Of a DNA stretch of 64,000 nucleotides, positions 28,067 to 36,370 are shown in pieces (positions within the stretch are counted from its first letter, which is position 1; every line of letters begins with the position of its first letter). Location: NCBI GenBank assembly GCA_022844165.1, contig JALHMH010000020.1, positions 18,136 to 82,135 on the forward strand, read 5' to 3'. The position numbers were made by a program, and so were the translations under genes. Origin of the DNA: Lysobacterales bacterium (GTDB lineage: Bacteria > Pseudomonadota > Gammaproteobacteria > Xanthomonadales > SZUA-5). The notes beneath the pieces are model-generated. The model did not search any database, had not been told where the DNA came from, and worked only from the letters and a program-made list of their open reading frames with translations.

Positions 28067-29925
28067 TTCAAGCGCCGCACGAAACCGCTCGGATCCTCGA
28101 GCTGGCCACCTTCGCTGAGTACGGCTTGTTCGTACACCAGCGTTGCCAAATCAGCGAATCGATCTGCATCGGCTTCGCCCTGGAGACGCGCCGTTAACGG
28201 ATGCGTCGGGTTCAATTCCAGATTCGGCGCGCCACTGCCGGCGCCCTGCCCGGCTTGCTTCAGCAATCGCTGCGTATGGAGCGACAGTTCGTGTTTGTCA
28301 ACGACCAGCACTGCAGCAGAATCGCGCAATCGACTCGAGCCCCTGACCGACTTCACCCGTTCTCCAAGCGCCCCCTTGATACGGTCAGCAAGTCCATCCG
28401 GCAATTCTGCAACGGCAGGTCTGGTCGCGCCGGGAAGGTCCTCGATCGTCGACAGGTCAACATCGCCCTTGGCAACCGAGACGAAAGGCTTGCCGTCGAA
28501 CTCATGCACGTACGACAGCGCCCACTCGTCGATGCGATCGGACGCCAACAGCACTTCAACCCCCTTGCCAGCGAACTGTTCCAGGTGTGGCGAGTGGCGA
28601 GCCGCCAGGTGGCTCTCGGCGGTGATGTAATAAATCGCCGTCTGATTGGGTCGGACACGCGCCAAATAGTCGCTCAGCGACACCGTGGGCGTTGCGCCTT
28701 CAGTACTCGTCGACGCGAAACGCAGCAGTTTCGCGATGCGCTCCCGATTGGCAAAGTCCTCGGTGAGGCCTTCTTTGAGCACCTGTCCGTATTCGCCATA
28801 AAAGGCGGCATATTTCTCGGTGTCGTCTTGTGCGAGTTTCTCCAGCATATCCAGCGTTCGCTTGATGACTGCCGATCGAATCTGCTGCGTCAGCTTGTGG
28901 TCTTGCAAAAGCTCACGCGAAACGTTCAACGGCAAATCGTCGGAATCGACGACGCCACGAATAAAGCGCAAGTACGAAGGCAACAACTGCTCCGCAGCAT
29001 CCATGATGAAGACGCGCTTCACATACAACTTCAGCCCGTGGCGCTCGTCACGCTGCGCGCCGAACAAATCGAACGGCGCCTTGGCGGGCACATAGAGCAG
29101 AGTGACATAACTCTGACTGCCCTCAACTTTGTTATGGGTATACGCCAGCGCTTCGCCGTCGCCATGGGTCAGGTGTTTGTAAAAGCTCTGATAGTCCTCG
29201 TCCTTGATTTCGGACTTCGGTCGCACCCACAGTGCCGACGCTTGATTGACGGTCTCGAACTCGGCGGTTTTTTCTTCCTCACCGCTGTGCTGACCTTTCA
29301 TTCGAATCGGAAAGGCAATATGTTCGGAGAATTTGTTGATCAGCGAGCGCAAACGCCAACCGGCCGTGAACTCTGACTCTTCCTCTTTCAGGTACAACAC
29401 AATCTCAGTACCGCGCGGCGCGTGTTCTGTGCGATCGACGCGATATTCGCCCTTGCCATCCGACTCCCATACCACGCCCTCCGATGCCGCCCCACCTGCA
29501 CGGCGAGTGGTCAACATCACTTTATCGGCGACAATAAACGCCGAATAAAAGCCAACGCCGAACTGACCAATCAACTGCGCATCTTTGCGCGCGTCGCCGG
29601 ACAGGCTCTCCAGGAACTTACGTGTGCCCGAGCGCGCAATGGTGCCGATGTTCTCTACGACTTCATCGAACGCCATGCCGACGCCGTTATCGCGAATCGT
29701 CAACGTCCTGGCCTTTTCGTCGCTCTCGATCTCGATCTTGAGTTCCGGATCTCCCGCCAGGAGCTCGGGCGCGGAGATCGCTTCGAACCGCAGTTTATCC
29801 AGAGCATCCGAGGCGTTGGAGATCAGTTCCCGAAGAAAGATCTCCTTATTCGAATACAACGAGTGGATGACCAGATTGAGGACTTGCTGGACTTCGGCCT
29901 GAAAAGCGCGCGTTTCTTGGGTCAT
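28048..29925 (-). CDS. htpG: Chaperone HtpG (Hsp90)
   Basis: YSNKEIFLRELISNASDA and IGQFGVGFYS motifs. Confidence 0.97.
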   Translation of the reverse strand: MTQETRAFQAEVQQVLNLVIHSLYSNKEIFLRELISNASDALDKLRFEAISAPELLAGDPELKIEIESDEKARTLTIRDNGVGMAFDEVVENIGTIARSGTRKFLESLSGDARKDAQLIGQFGVGFYSAFIVADKVMLTTRRAGGAASEGVVWESDGKGEYRVDRTEHAPRGTEIVLYLKEEESEFTAGWRLRSLINKFSEHIAFPIRMKGQHSGEEEKTAEFETVNQASALWVRPKSEIKDEDYQSFYKHLTHGDGEALAYTHNKVEGSQSYVTLLYVPAKAPFDLFGAQRDERHGLKLYVKRVFIMDAAEQLLPSYLRFIRGVVDSDDLPLNVSRELLQDHKLTQQIRSAVIKRTLDMLEKLAQDDTEKYAAFYGEYGQVLKEGLTEDFANRERIAKLLRFASTSTEGATPTVSLSDYLARVRPNQTAIYYITAESHLAARHSPHLEQFAGKGVEVLLASDRIDEWALSYVHEFDGKPFVSVAKGDVDLSTIEDLPGATRPAVAELPDGLADRIKGALGERVKSVRGSSRLRDSAAVLVVDKHELSLHTQRLLKQAGQGAGSGAPNLELNPTHPLTARLQGEADADRFADLATLVYEQAVLSEGGQLEDPSGFVRRLNQLMFG

Positions 29926-29955
29926 GGGCGTAAAAAGGCATTGGGAAGCCACGGA

Positions 29956-29982
29956 TTTGAGGGCAGAATGGCGAAGTTCAAG
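29956..29982 (-). promoter_or_regulatory. Putative sigma-32 promoter of htpG
   Basis: CTTGAA-N13-CCCTCAAA. Confidence 0.55.
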
Positions 29983-29997
29983 CGGCGGATCGCTTTC

Positions 29998-31107
29998 ATG
30001 TTGAATGCCCTTCGAGTCGCCTCGCCTCTGCATCTTGCGGCGCTGATCACCTGGCTGGCAGTGCTTGCGCAATCGCTGCGCTTTAACGGGCTCCGCAGTG
30101 GCGATCCACTGCAGCTGTTCGGTTTGCTGTCGTTGTGTGCGGTCGCGGGACTCTACTTCGGTACCATGCACACCCAATCGGCACGCGGACGTGGGCTGAT
30201 GGTGATCGGACAAGGGCTACTGGTGCTGGTTGGCACCTGGTGCTTTCGCAACGGCGGTCCAGCAATTTTGCTGATCGTGGTTGCAAGCCAGATGGTCGCG
30301 ATGTTTCAGCGTCGCAATGCGCTGGCGCTCATGATTGCTTTGAATGTCGGAATGGCACTCATCTACTCTGTCGCCATGCCGTGGGCCAACGTGCTGCTGT
30401 TTCTGACGCCACTGATCGGCTTTCAACTGTTCGCCGCGTTGACCATGCACTACGCCGTCAGCGCTGAAGCCGCACGAGCGGAAGTCCAGCGGACGCACGC
30501 TCATTTGTTGGCAACCCAACAATTACTCGCTGAAAGTACACGCGGCGATGAGCGATTGAAGCTCTCCCGCGAACTTCACGATGTTGCCGGTCACAAATTG
30601 ACGGCACTCAAACTCAATCTGCGCCTGCTGCGCCGCCAACCAGCGCTCGCGGAAAATGCCGAATTGGGCATCGCGGCGCAGCTGGCCGATGAGTTGCTCG
30701 ACGACATTCGTGCCGTTGTCAGCGAGTTGCGGCGCCACGATGGCATCGACCTTCCCGCCGCAATAGAACTCCTCACACGGCAGATACCAGGACCTGGTTT
30801 TGAGGTTGACATCGACCCGGAATTGCGGATCGCTGATGTCGCCCGTGCCGAGGCGTTGTTGCGGTGCGTGCAGGAGGGAATCACCAATGCGCTGAAGCAC
30901 GGCCAGCCGACCGCCATTCGTATTGGACTCAAGCATCGCGATGGACGGATTGCGCTTACTGTGGAGGACAATGGTCAATCCCGCGGCGAAGTCCGTTTCG
31001 GCAACGGGTTGAACGGCATGCGCGAACGCCTCGCCGACATTGGCGGTGTATTGGAAGTGATCGGCACTGCGTCAGGCGTGCGTCTGCTGGCCGAGGTGCC
31101 AGCATGA
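29998..31107 (+). CDS. Membrane sensor histidine kinase (HisKA_3, DesK/NarX-like)
   Basis: Several TM helices; SRELHDVAGH, QEGITNALKH, DNG and GNGLNGMRER motifs. Confidence 0.92.
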   Translation: MLNALRVASPLHLAALITWLAVLAQSLRFNGLRSGDPLQLFGLLSLCAVAGLYFGTMHTQSARGRGLMVIGQGLLVLVGTWCFRNGGPAILLIVVASQMVAMFQRRNALALMIALNVGMALIYSVAMPWANVLLFLTPLIGFQLFAALTMHYAVSAEAARAEVQRTHAHLLATQQLLAESTRGDERLKLSRELHDVAGHKLTALKLNLRLLRRQPALAENAELGIAAQLADELLDDIRAVVSELRRHDGIDLPAAIELLTRQIPGPGFEVDIDPELRIADVARAEALLRCVQEGITNALKHGQPTAIRIGLKHRDGRIALTVEDNGQSRGEVRFGNGLNGMRERLADIGGVLEVIGTASGVRLLAEVPA

Positions 31108-31736
31108 TCCACATCGCCTTGCTGGACGACCAGGCCCTGGTGCTCAAAGGCCTGTCAGCGCTGTTGCGCAGTGTGCCCGGCATCGATGTCGCGCTCGAAT
31201 CAACGAACGCCGAGCAGCTGCTGCACGCGTTGGAGCGTCGCGCCGTCGATGTCATTGTCAGCGATATTCGTATGCCTGGCATAAACGGATTCGAACTGAT
31301 CACGAGCCTGCGCGAACGTGGCGATACGACACCAGTCATCTTGCTGACAACCTTCGATGACAAAGAGCTGATGTTGGCAGCTGTCGATGCCGGAGCGCAG
31401 GGGTTCTTGCTCAAGGACGCGGCACCGGAGGATTTGGCCGAAGCCATCGCCAAGGTAGCTGCAGGGGATACGCTGCTACAACCCGTGAGCCTGGGCGCAG
31501 TGCGCGCACAACGCCCTTCCGTTCGCAACGAGAGCCTGCGGAACGTCTCCCTCTCAGATCGCGAAGTCAGCATCCTGCGGCTGGTCGCCGGCGGTTATTC
31601 GAACAAAGAGATCGGCCGCAGTTTGCACCTCTCGGAAGGCACGGTGAAAAACTACATCACCGAGATCCTGGCGAAGCTGGACTGCCGCGACCGCACGCAC
31701 GCGGTCTTAAAGGCAATCACGCACCGCTTATTGTGA
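31104..31736 (+). CDS. NarL/LuxR-family response regulator
   Basis: LLDDQ, SDIRMP, LTTFD and LSDRE...GYSNKEIG...GTVKNY; ATGA-coupled to the kinase. Confidence 0.93.
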   Translation: MIHIALLDDQALVLKGLSALLRSVPGIDVALESTNAEQLLHALERRAVDVIVSDIRMPGINGFELITSLRERGDTTPVILLTTFDDKELMLAAVDAGAQGFLLKDAAPEDLAEAIAKVAAGDTLLQPVSLGAVRAQRPSVRNESLRNVSLSDREVSILRLVAGGYSNKEIGRSLHLSEGTVKNYITEILAKLDCRDRTHAVLKAITHRLL

Positions 31737-31842
31737 ATCCGAGAACTAAGTCACGGACGCATTGTGGCGTAGCGCATTCACTCGCGAAGCCCAAACTTGC
31801 TCAACGAAACGCCGCACTTTCTCTGGTCCTTTCATGAACTCG

Positions 31843-31870
31843 TTGCCTCCAGACGACAGGCAGGCATACT
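31843..31870 (+). promoter_or_regulatory. Putative sigma-70 promoter of the retron transcript
   Basis: TTGCCT-N16-CATACT; predicted start at about 31877, at the 5' edge of the a2 repeat. Confidence 0.5.
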
Positions 31871-31877
31871 GGGCAAA

Positions 31878-32038
31878 CGCAGCAGTCGTCCCGAGTGTGG
31901 GGTAGTTCATCACTATCCACTGCGGGGATGCCCCGCGGCCTGGCTGTATGTTTCGGCAGTTGCATGGCAGTGAAGCTCGTTTGCCTTTCGGCAAACCCAC
32001 TTTCACCGCAATCGAAGACGTCGGGACGGCTGTCTGCG
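31878..32038 (+). ncRNA. Retron msr-msd non-coding RNA
   Basis: Terminal inverted repeats CGCAGCAGTCGTCCCGA (31878-31894) and TCGGGACGGCTGTCTGCG (32021-32038) form 17 bp with one G-U and one bulge. Unpaired G31895 follows the left repeat. Stem-loops at 31897-31920, 31922-31936 and 31942-31961, and a long hairpin at about 31967-32009. Ends 19 nt before the RT ATG. Confidence 0.82.
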
Positions 32039-32057
32039 CTTTCGCTTCTGGAACGCC

Positions 32058-33107
32058 ATGATGCGCTTTGACCAACTGCCCGGATTCGAGTCGACGATTC
32101 ACCTGGCGCAATGGCTCGGCCTGGCAATGGGCGAGATCGACTGGTTTGCAGATCGCTACAACAATCTGGCACGAAACCACGTGGAACAGAGCCACCACTA
32201 CCGATGGCATTGGCTACCCAAACGCCGCGGCGGCGTGCGTATGATTGAGGCACCCAAAGCCCGTCTGCGGCGTGTTCAACGGCGCATCCTGGATCGGATT
32301 TTGCACCTCGTGCCATTGTCGGAAGCAGCCTGTGGATTCGTCCGCGGGCGATCATGCCTGGACCATGCCCGGCGCCATGTTGGAGCAATCTGGCTGGTGA
32401 CGACGGATCTTAGCGACTGGTTCGGCCGCATCGACGGTGCGCGCGTGTTCGCGCAATTTCGTTGGCTGGGCTATCCGCCAGCCGTGGCCGTTGCACTCAC
32501 TGGCCTTTGTACGACGCGCGTGCCAGCTGCGCTCATTGCGCAAGCAGCGCCCGGCGATCGACTGTGGCTGCGCTCACCCCACTTGCCGCAAGGTGCGCCC
32601 ACCTCGCCCAGTCTGGCCAACCTGGTGACCTCTCGGCTGGATCGGCGCCTGAGCGCCTACGCTGCGGCGGAAAACCTGCGCTATTCGCGATACGCTGATG
32701 ATCTTGCGCTTTCGCCGCAGCATGGCGCAAATGCGCCACCTCCAGACCGCGTCATTGATGCTGTCACGCGCATTGCTCGCAGCGAACGCTTCGTCATAAA
32801 CACAGCCAAAACCCACATACGCAGGCAATGTGACTCGATGCGCATCTGCGGCAGCATCGTTAACGCCAGACTTAACTCAACCCGGGTCGAATACGATCGC
32901 CTGCGCGCCGCAGTACATCGCCACGTTCATGGGAACCCAGAGCCGGATCTCAACAAGTTGCTGGGTCAGCTGACATGGCTTGCCCAGCGAAACCCCAGAC
33001 GCGCCGAGCGGCTGCGAGAGAAGTTGAAGCGTGAGGCGGGTCCGGGTTCCGACGAGTTGGAGCCACAGATAGACCGGCTCACATGCAGCAGCGCAAACAA
33101 CGGCTGA
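32058..33107 (+). CDS. Retron-type reverse transcriptase
   Basis: PKRRGGVRMIEAP, GFVRGRS, HARRH (region X, NAxxH-like), DLSDWF, LPQGAPTSPSLAN, YSRYADDL and ICGSIVN (region Y, VTG-like). No maturase, endonuclease or effector fusion. Confidence 0.92.
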   Translation: MMRFDQLPGFESTIHLAQWLGLAMGEIDWFADRYNNLARNHVEQSHHYRWHWLPKRRGGVRMIEAPKARLRRVQRRILDRILHLVPLSEAACGFVRGRSCLDHARRHVGAIWLVTTDLSDWFGRIDGARVFAQFRWLGYPPAVAVALTGLCTTRVPAALIAQAAPGDRLWLRSPHLPQGAPTSPSLANLVTSRLDRRLSAYAAAENLRYSRYADDLALSPQHGANAPPPDRVIDAVTRIARSERFVINTAKTHIRRQCDSMRICGSIVNARLNSTRVEYDRLRAAVHRHVHGNPEPDLNKLLGQLTWLAQRNPRRAERLREKLKREAGPGSDELEPQIDRLTCSSANNG

Positions 33108-33134
33108 GTATCAGAACAGGTTTTGCCTGCTTGT

Positions 33135-33211
33135 TGGTAGCGGGGGCAGGATTTGAACCTGCGACCTTCGGGTTATGAGCCCGACGAGCTGCCTGACTGC
33201 TCCACCCCGCA
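33135..33211 (-). tRNA. tRNA-Met(CAT), initiator type
   Basis: 77-nt cloverleaf; anticodon arm TCGGG-CTCATAA-CCCGA with three G-C pairs; GGTTCAAATCC T arm; encoded CCA; unpaired 1:72. Confidence 0.95.
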
Positions 33212-33440
33212 CCGGTAAGCCCGCAACTTTAGCGAACACTCGCGGAGAACGCAAGTCAAAATTTTGGCGAATCGCCAGCAGTTCCACTCATCTCCAGAGC
33301 ACTGTCGAACGCAGCCAACAATGCGCGGCGGCCTGCGGCGAAGCCTCGTCGGCCGGTTGAAAAGTCGGCACCTGTGGCAATCATCGTGGCGACATTTGGT
33401 CTTGTTATGCTCCAGGCTACTTCGTTAGTGAGTCTCGCCC

Positions 33441-34331
33441 ATGAGCGCTCGGTTACGCACCGTTGTTTTTCCCGTTGCAGGACTCGGAACCCGGTTTCTA
33501 CCGGCGACCAAAGTGGTACCGAAGGAACTACTGCCGATCATGGATCGGCCACTGATCCAATGGGCGGCGGACGAGGCGATCGCCGCAGGCGCGGACACGC
33601 TGGTGTTTGTCGTGAATCGCAACAAACGAGCGATCAACGACCACTTTGACATGGCGTTCGAACTTGAATCGAGGTTGGCGAGCAGCGGCAAGACCGAGCA
33701 TTTGAAAATGGTGCGGGAAACTCTGCCGGCGCATGTGCGTCCGGTGTTTGTTTTGCAGCCAGAAGCGCGTGGACTCGGACACGCCGTTTTGTGCGCCAGG
33801 CCAGCCGTCGCCAATGGTCCCTTCGGCGTAATTTTGCCCGACGACTTTATCTTGAATCGCAATGGCCCCGGCGCGCTGGCGCAGATGGCTGCTGTTCAAG
33901 CCGAGCACGGCGGCAGCGTGATCGCCGTCGAGCCCGTCGAATGGAAGGACACATCGCGCTACGGCATCGTCTCGGGCTCACAAGTCAATCGTCAGCTGAT
34001 GAGGATTGATACGATCGTCGAAAAACCCAGGCCTGATGTAGCGCCAAGTAACCTGGGCGTTGTCGGACGATATGTGCTCGATCACCACATTTTCGATTTG
34101 TTGGAGCGCACCAATCCCGGCGCAGGCGGAGAAATCCAGCTCACAGACGCCATCGCTGCACTGCTGAAAGAACAGCCGGCGTACGCGTATCGCTTCGATG
34201 GCGTGCGCTACGACTGTGGAAACAAACTAGGTTACGTGCAGGCGACCCTTCGCTGTGCGCTAGACGACGAGGAAATCGGCGACGAATTGCGCCGTACACT
34301 GGAGAACTGGCTGGCGCCGAGTGTGGCTTGA
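33441..34331 (+). CDS. galU: UTP-glucose-1-phosphate uridylyltransferase
   Basis: PVAGLGTRFLPATK, VEKP and GEIQLTDAI motifs. Confidence 0.96.
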   Translation: MSARLRTVVFPVAGLGTRFLPATKVVPKELLPIMDRPLIQWAADEAIAAGADTLVFVVNRNKRAINDHFDMAFELESRLASSGKTEHLKMVRETLPAHVRPVFVLQPEARGLGHAVLCARPAVANGPFGVILPDDFILNRNGPGALAQMAAVQAEHGGSVIAVEPVEWKDTSRYGIVSGSQVNRQLMRIDTIVEKPRPDVAPSNLGVVGRYVLDHHIFDLLERTNPGAGGEIQLTDAIAALLKEQPAYAYRFDGVRYDCGNKLGYVQATLRCALDDEEIGDELRRTLENWLAPSVA

Positions 34332-34428
34332 GCGTTGGCGATACGGACCATCGACGTGAGTGAGTCGTCGCAGTCAGGCATGCCAACTGACGTTGGCGCC
34401 AGATGCGTCTCGCCACGTTCGTCGCAGG

Positions 34429-35790
34429 TCAGGTGACAGGGGATCGTTCCAGCGAATCGACGATATCGGAGCGGTATTGCCAGAGCTTGCCTTCGCTCTT
34501 ATGCAACATTTGCGCGCGGATCTTCGCGGACCCCAGCACCCGGTTCAGTCGCGCGATTGTTTCGTCGAGATCGAATCCCGGCCCAGGCTGAACAGTGAAA
34601 TCGAGATCGCCGTCGACTCGTTGGTGCAGCGAGAACTGGGCGATCGGCAAGTCGGCGAGTGCATGGGTGATGTCAATGTTGTTGAGGAAACTGCCATTGG
34701 CTCTGCGAATTCGAACAGGTTGCCGACCAAGCAGTCGGCGAAGCACAAATTCTCCGCCAACGCGCTCCAAAGTCGCCGTATCTCCGGTGCGGTATCTCAC
34801 CAAGGGCAAGTAGTCGTTGAAGCCACCGGTCAGCACAACATCGCCTGCCTCGCCAATTCCTGGCGGCCGATTGTTCGCATCCAAAATCTCGACCACCAGC
34901 TCTGGCTGCAGCAACATGTGACCATCCACTGAGTTCTCGTACGCGGCGATCGGTCCGGCCTCATTGAGTGAATACACATCGGCGACAACGCACTTGAAGC
35001 GCGCTTCCAGCGCGTGGCGCAAACCTGGCAACAGTTGCATGGACGTGCTCAAAAGTATCTTGGGCCGGTGTTCGAACTCGATCTCCAGCAGCACAGCGAG
35101 GGACAGCGGATCGCCTGCAATTACCTCCGGCGCCAGCGCGTCGATGTAAGCGCCGCGGTCGCTCAAGTGACGCCAATCAACCGGATGCAGATTGATCTTG
35201 GCTAATCCACAATCATCGCGATAAGGGGTGACGGAGGTGTAGGTAAAACACTTCTGCTGCCAGCCAATCAGCAGTACGCCCACTTGCCCACGACCCGCGG
35301 TTAACTCGACGCCCAGTCGTCGATACGCCCGTTGGTGGTAACTCAAGTAGCGAGCGGCCACCACTGGATGCGAGGGCAGAAGGAGCGGGTGTCCGGTACT
35401 GCCGGTGGTACGGAAGTTGATGACGCGGTCGAGCGACAGGTCATCTGGAACGAATGCCGCGATATCTGCCGCAAAATTGGCGCGCGACGTGGTGGGCCAA
35501 TCGCCAAGTTCATCGCTGCCGGGTGCGTGCAAGCGCCAATACGGCACCTGTTCCCGCACACGTTTCAGAAACGCAGGCAGCCAAGCTGCGAAGTGCGGTC
35601 GTGGTTCGATATCGGCGCATCGCACGCGCTCGCTATGTTGGCGCACGGCATCCACTTCCATCGGCAGCAGGCGATGCCCACTGTGATTGCGAAACAACGG
35701 CGCCGCGGGATGTTCGCGCATTCGCTTCAGCAATTCCGCGCCGTGCGCCGTGAGTCCTGGATGCCGGTCGTCGTGTGTTGGGTTCTGCAC
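34429..35790 (-). CDS. Phenylacetate-CoA ligase/CapK-like adenylate-forming enzyme
   Basis: TTGSTGHP P-loop, YSLNEAG and RYRTGD motifs; GTG start inferred. Confidence 0.8.
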   Translation of the reverse strand: MQNPTHDDRHPGLTAHGAELLKRMREHPAAPLFRNHSGHRLLPMEVDAVRQHSERVRCADIEPRPHFAAWLPAFLKRVREQVPYWRLHAPGSDELGDWPTTSRANFAADIAAFVPDDLSLDRVINFRTTGSTGHPLLLPSHPVVAARYLSYHQRAYRRLGVELTAGRGQVGVLLIGWQQKCFTYTSVTPYRDDCGLAKINLHPVDWRHLSDRGAYIDALAPEVIAGDPLSLAVLLEIEFEHRPKILLSTSMQLLPGLRHALEARFKCVVADVYSLNEAGPIAAYENSVDGHMLLQPELVVEILDANNRPPGIGEAGDVVLTGGFNDYLPLVRYRTGDTATLERVGGEFVLRRLLGRQPVRIRRANGSFLNNIDITHALADLPIAQFSLHQRVDGDLDFTVQPGPGFDLDETIARLNRVLGSAKIRAQMLHKSEGKLWQYRSDIVDSLERSPVT

Positions 35791-35794
35791 TACC

Positions 35795-36370
35795 CTACTC
35801 CCGCGACCACTTGTCAGCCGATTCTTCCGCTGCCTTGCGCGCCAGAGCCTCGCGGATTGCACGAGCGCGCTGTTCCGCCGCGCGACTTGCGTCGACAAGA
35901 CGCGCGCGCTCCATCGTGCTGACAGCCAGCCATCGATCGCGTGCCTGCACCAGGCTCTCGCCAGCCGGACGCTGACCCAGGGCCATGAGCGTCAACCGCG
36001 CCAACTCCTCGCGACGCTCGTCGTCGGCGATGACAGCTTCGGCGCTCAAATGAACGGCGAGTTCTCGAGCGCGGATCAGCAGCAGCGCCAGGAGCGCGTT
36101 CGGGTCATTCGGCCACTGCAATTGCGGCTCGACCAACAACCAACAGATCAACAATGCCAGGCGTGGATGTTCACGAGGCGAGATCGGACTAGACAATGCA
36201 GCCAGCGCGGTGATCGGCACGTCGATTCCGCGGGAGGACAATACGTCTCTTGCAATTGCATCGACATGGACCAGCCCAGCAGCACCAATGCGCGGCATCG
36301 CCAGAAAATCCGCTGGCGCTTCCGCGATGCGGCGGGTCAACAACGGTAGCGGCGCTCCCTCAATGTCCAT
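35795..36370 (-). CDS. Conserved hypothetical protein
   Basis: MDIEGAPLPLLTRRIAEAPADFL...; overlaps the radical SAM gene end, operonic. Confidence 0.7.
   Translation of the reverse strand: MDIEGAPLPLLTRRIAEAPADFLAMPRIGAAGLVHVDAIARDVLSSRGIDVPITALAALSSPISPREHPRLALLICWLLVEPQLQWPNDPNALLALLLIRARELAVHLSAEAVIADDERREELARLTLMALGQRPAGESLVQARDRWLAVSTMERARLVDASRAAEQRARAIREALARKAAEESADKWSRE

Noticed and set aside
31746-32388. Antisense ORFs (154 aa and 195 aa) over the retron ncRNA and RT start as a hidden effector
   Set aside because: No recognisable motif or clear RBS, and they overlap the structured RNA and RT on the opposite strand; typical GC-rich shadow ORFs. Not fully excluded without expression data.
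32058-33107. RT as a group II intron, DGR or CRISPR-associated RT
   Set aside because: No maturase/endonuclease domain or intron domain V seen. No avd gene or template/variable repeat pair; the FGE-sulfatase end at 8757-8900 has no visible copy near the RT. No cas1 or array. Motifs and upstream RNA fit a retron.
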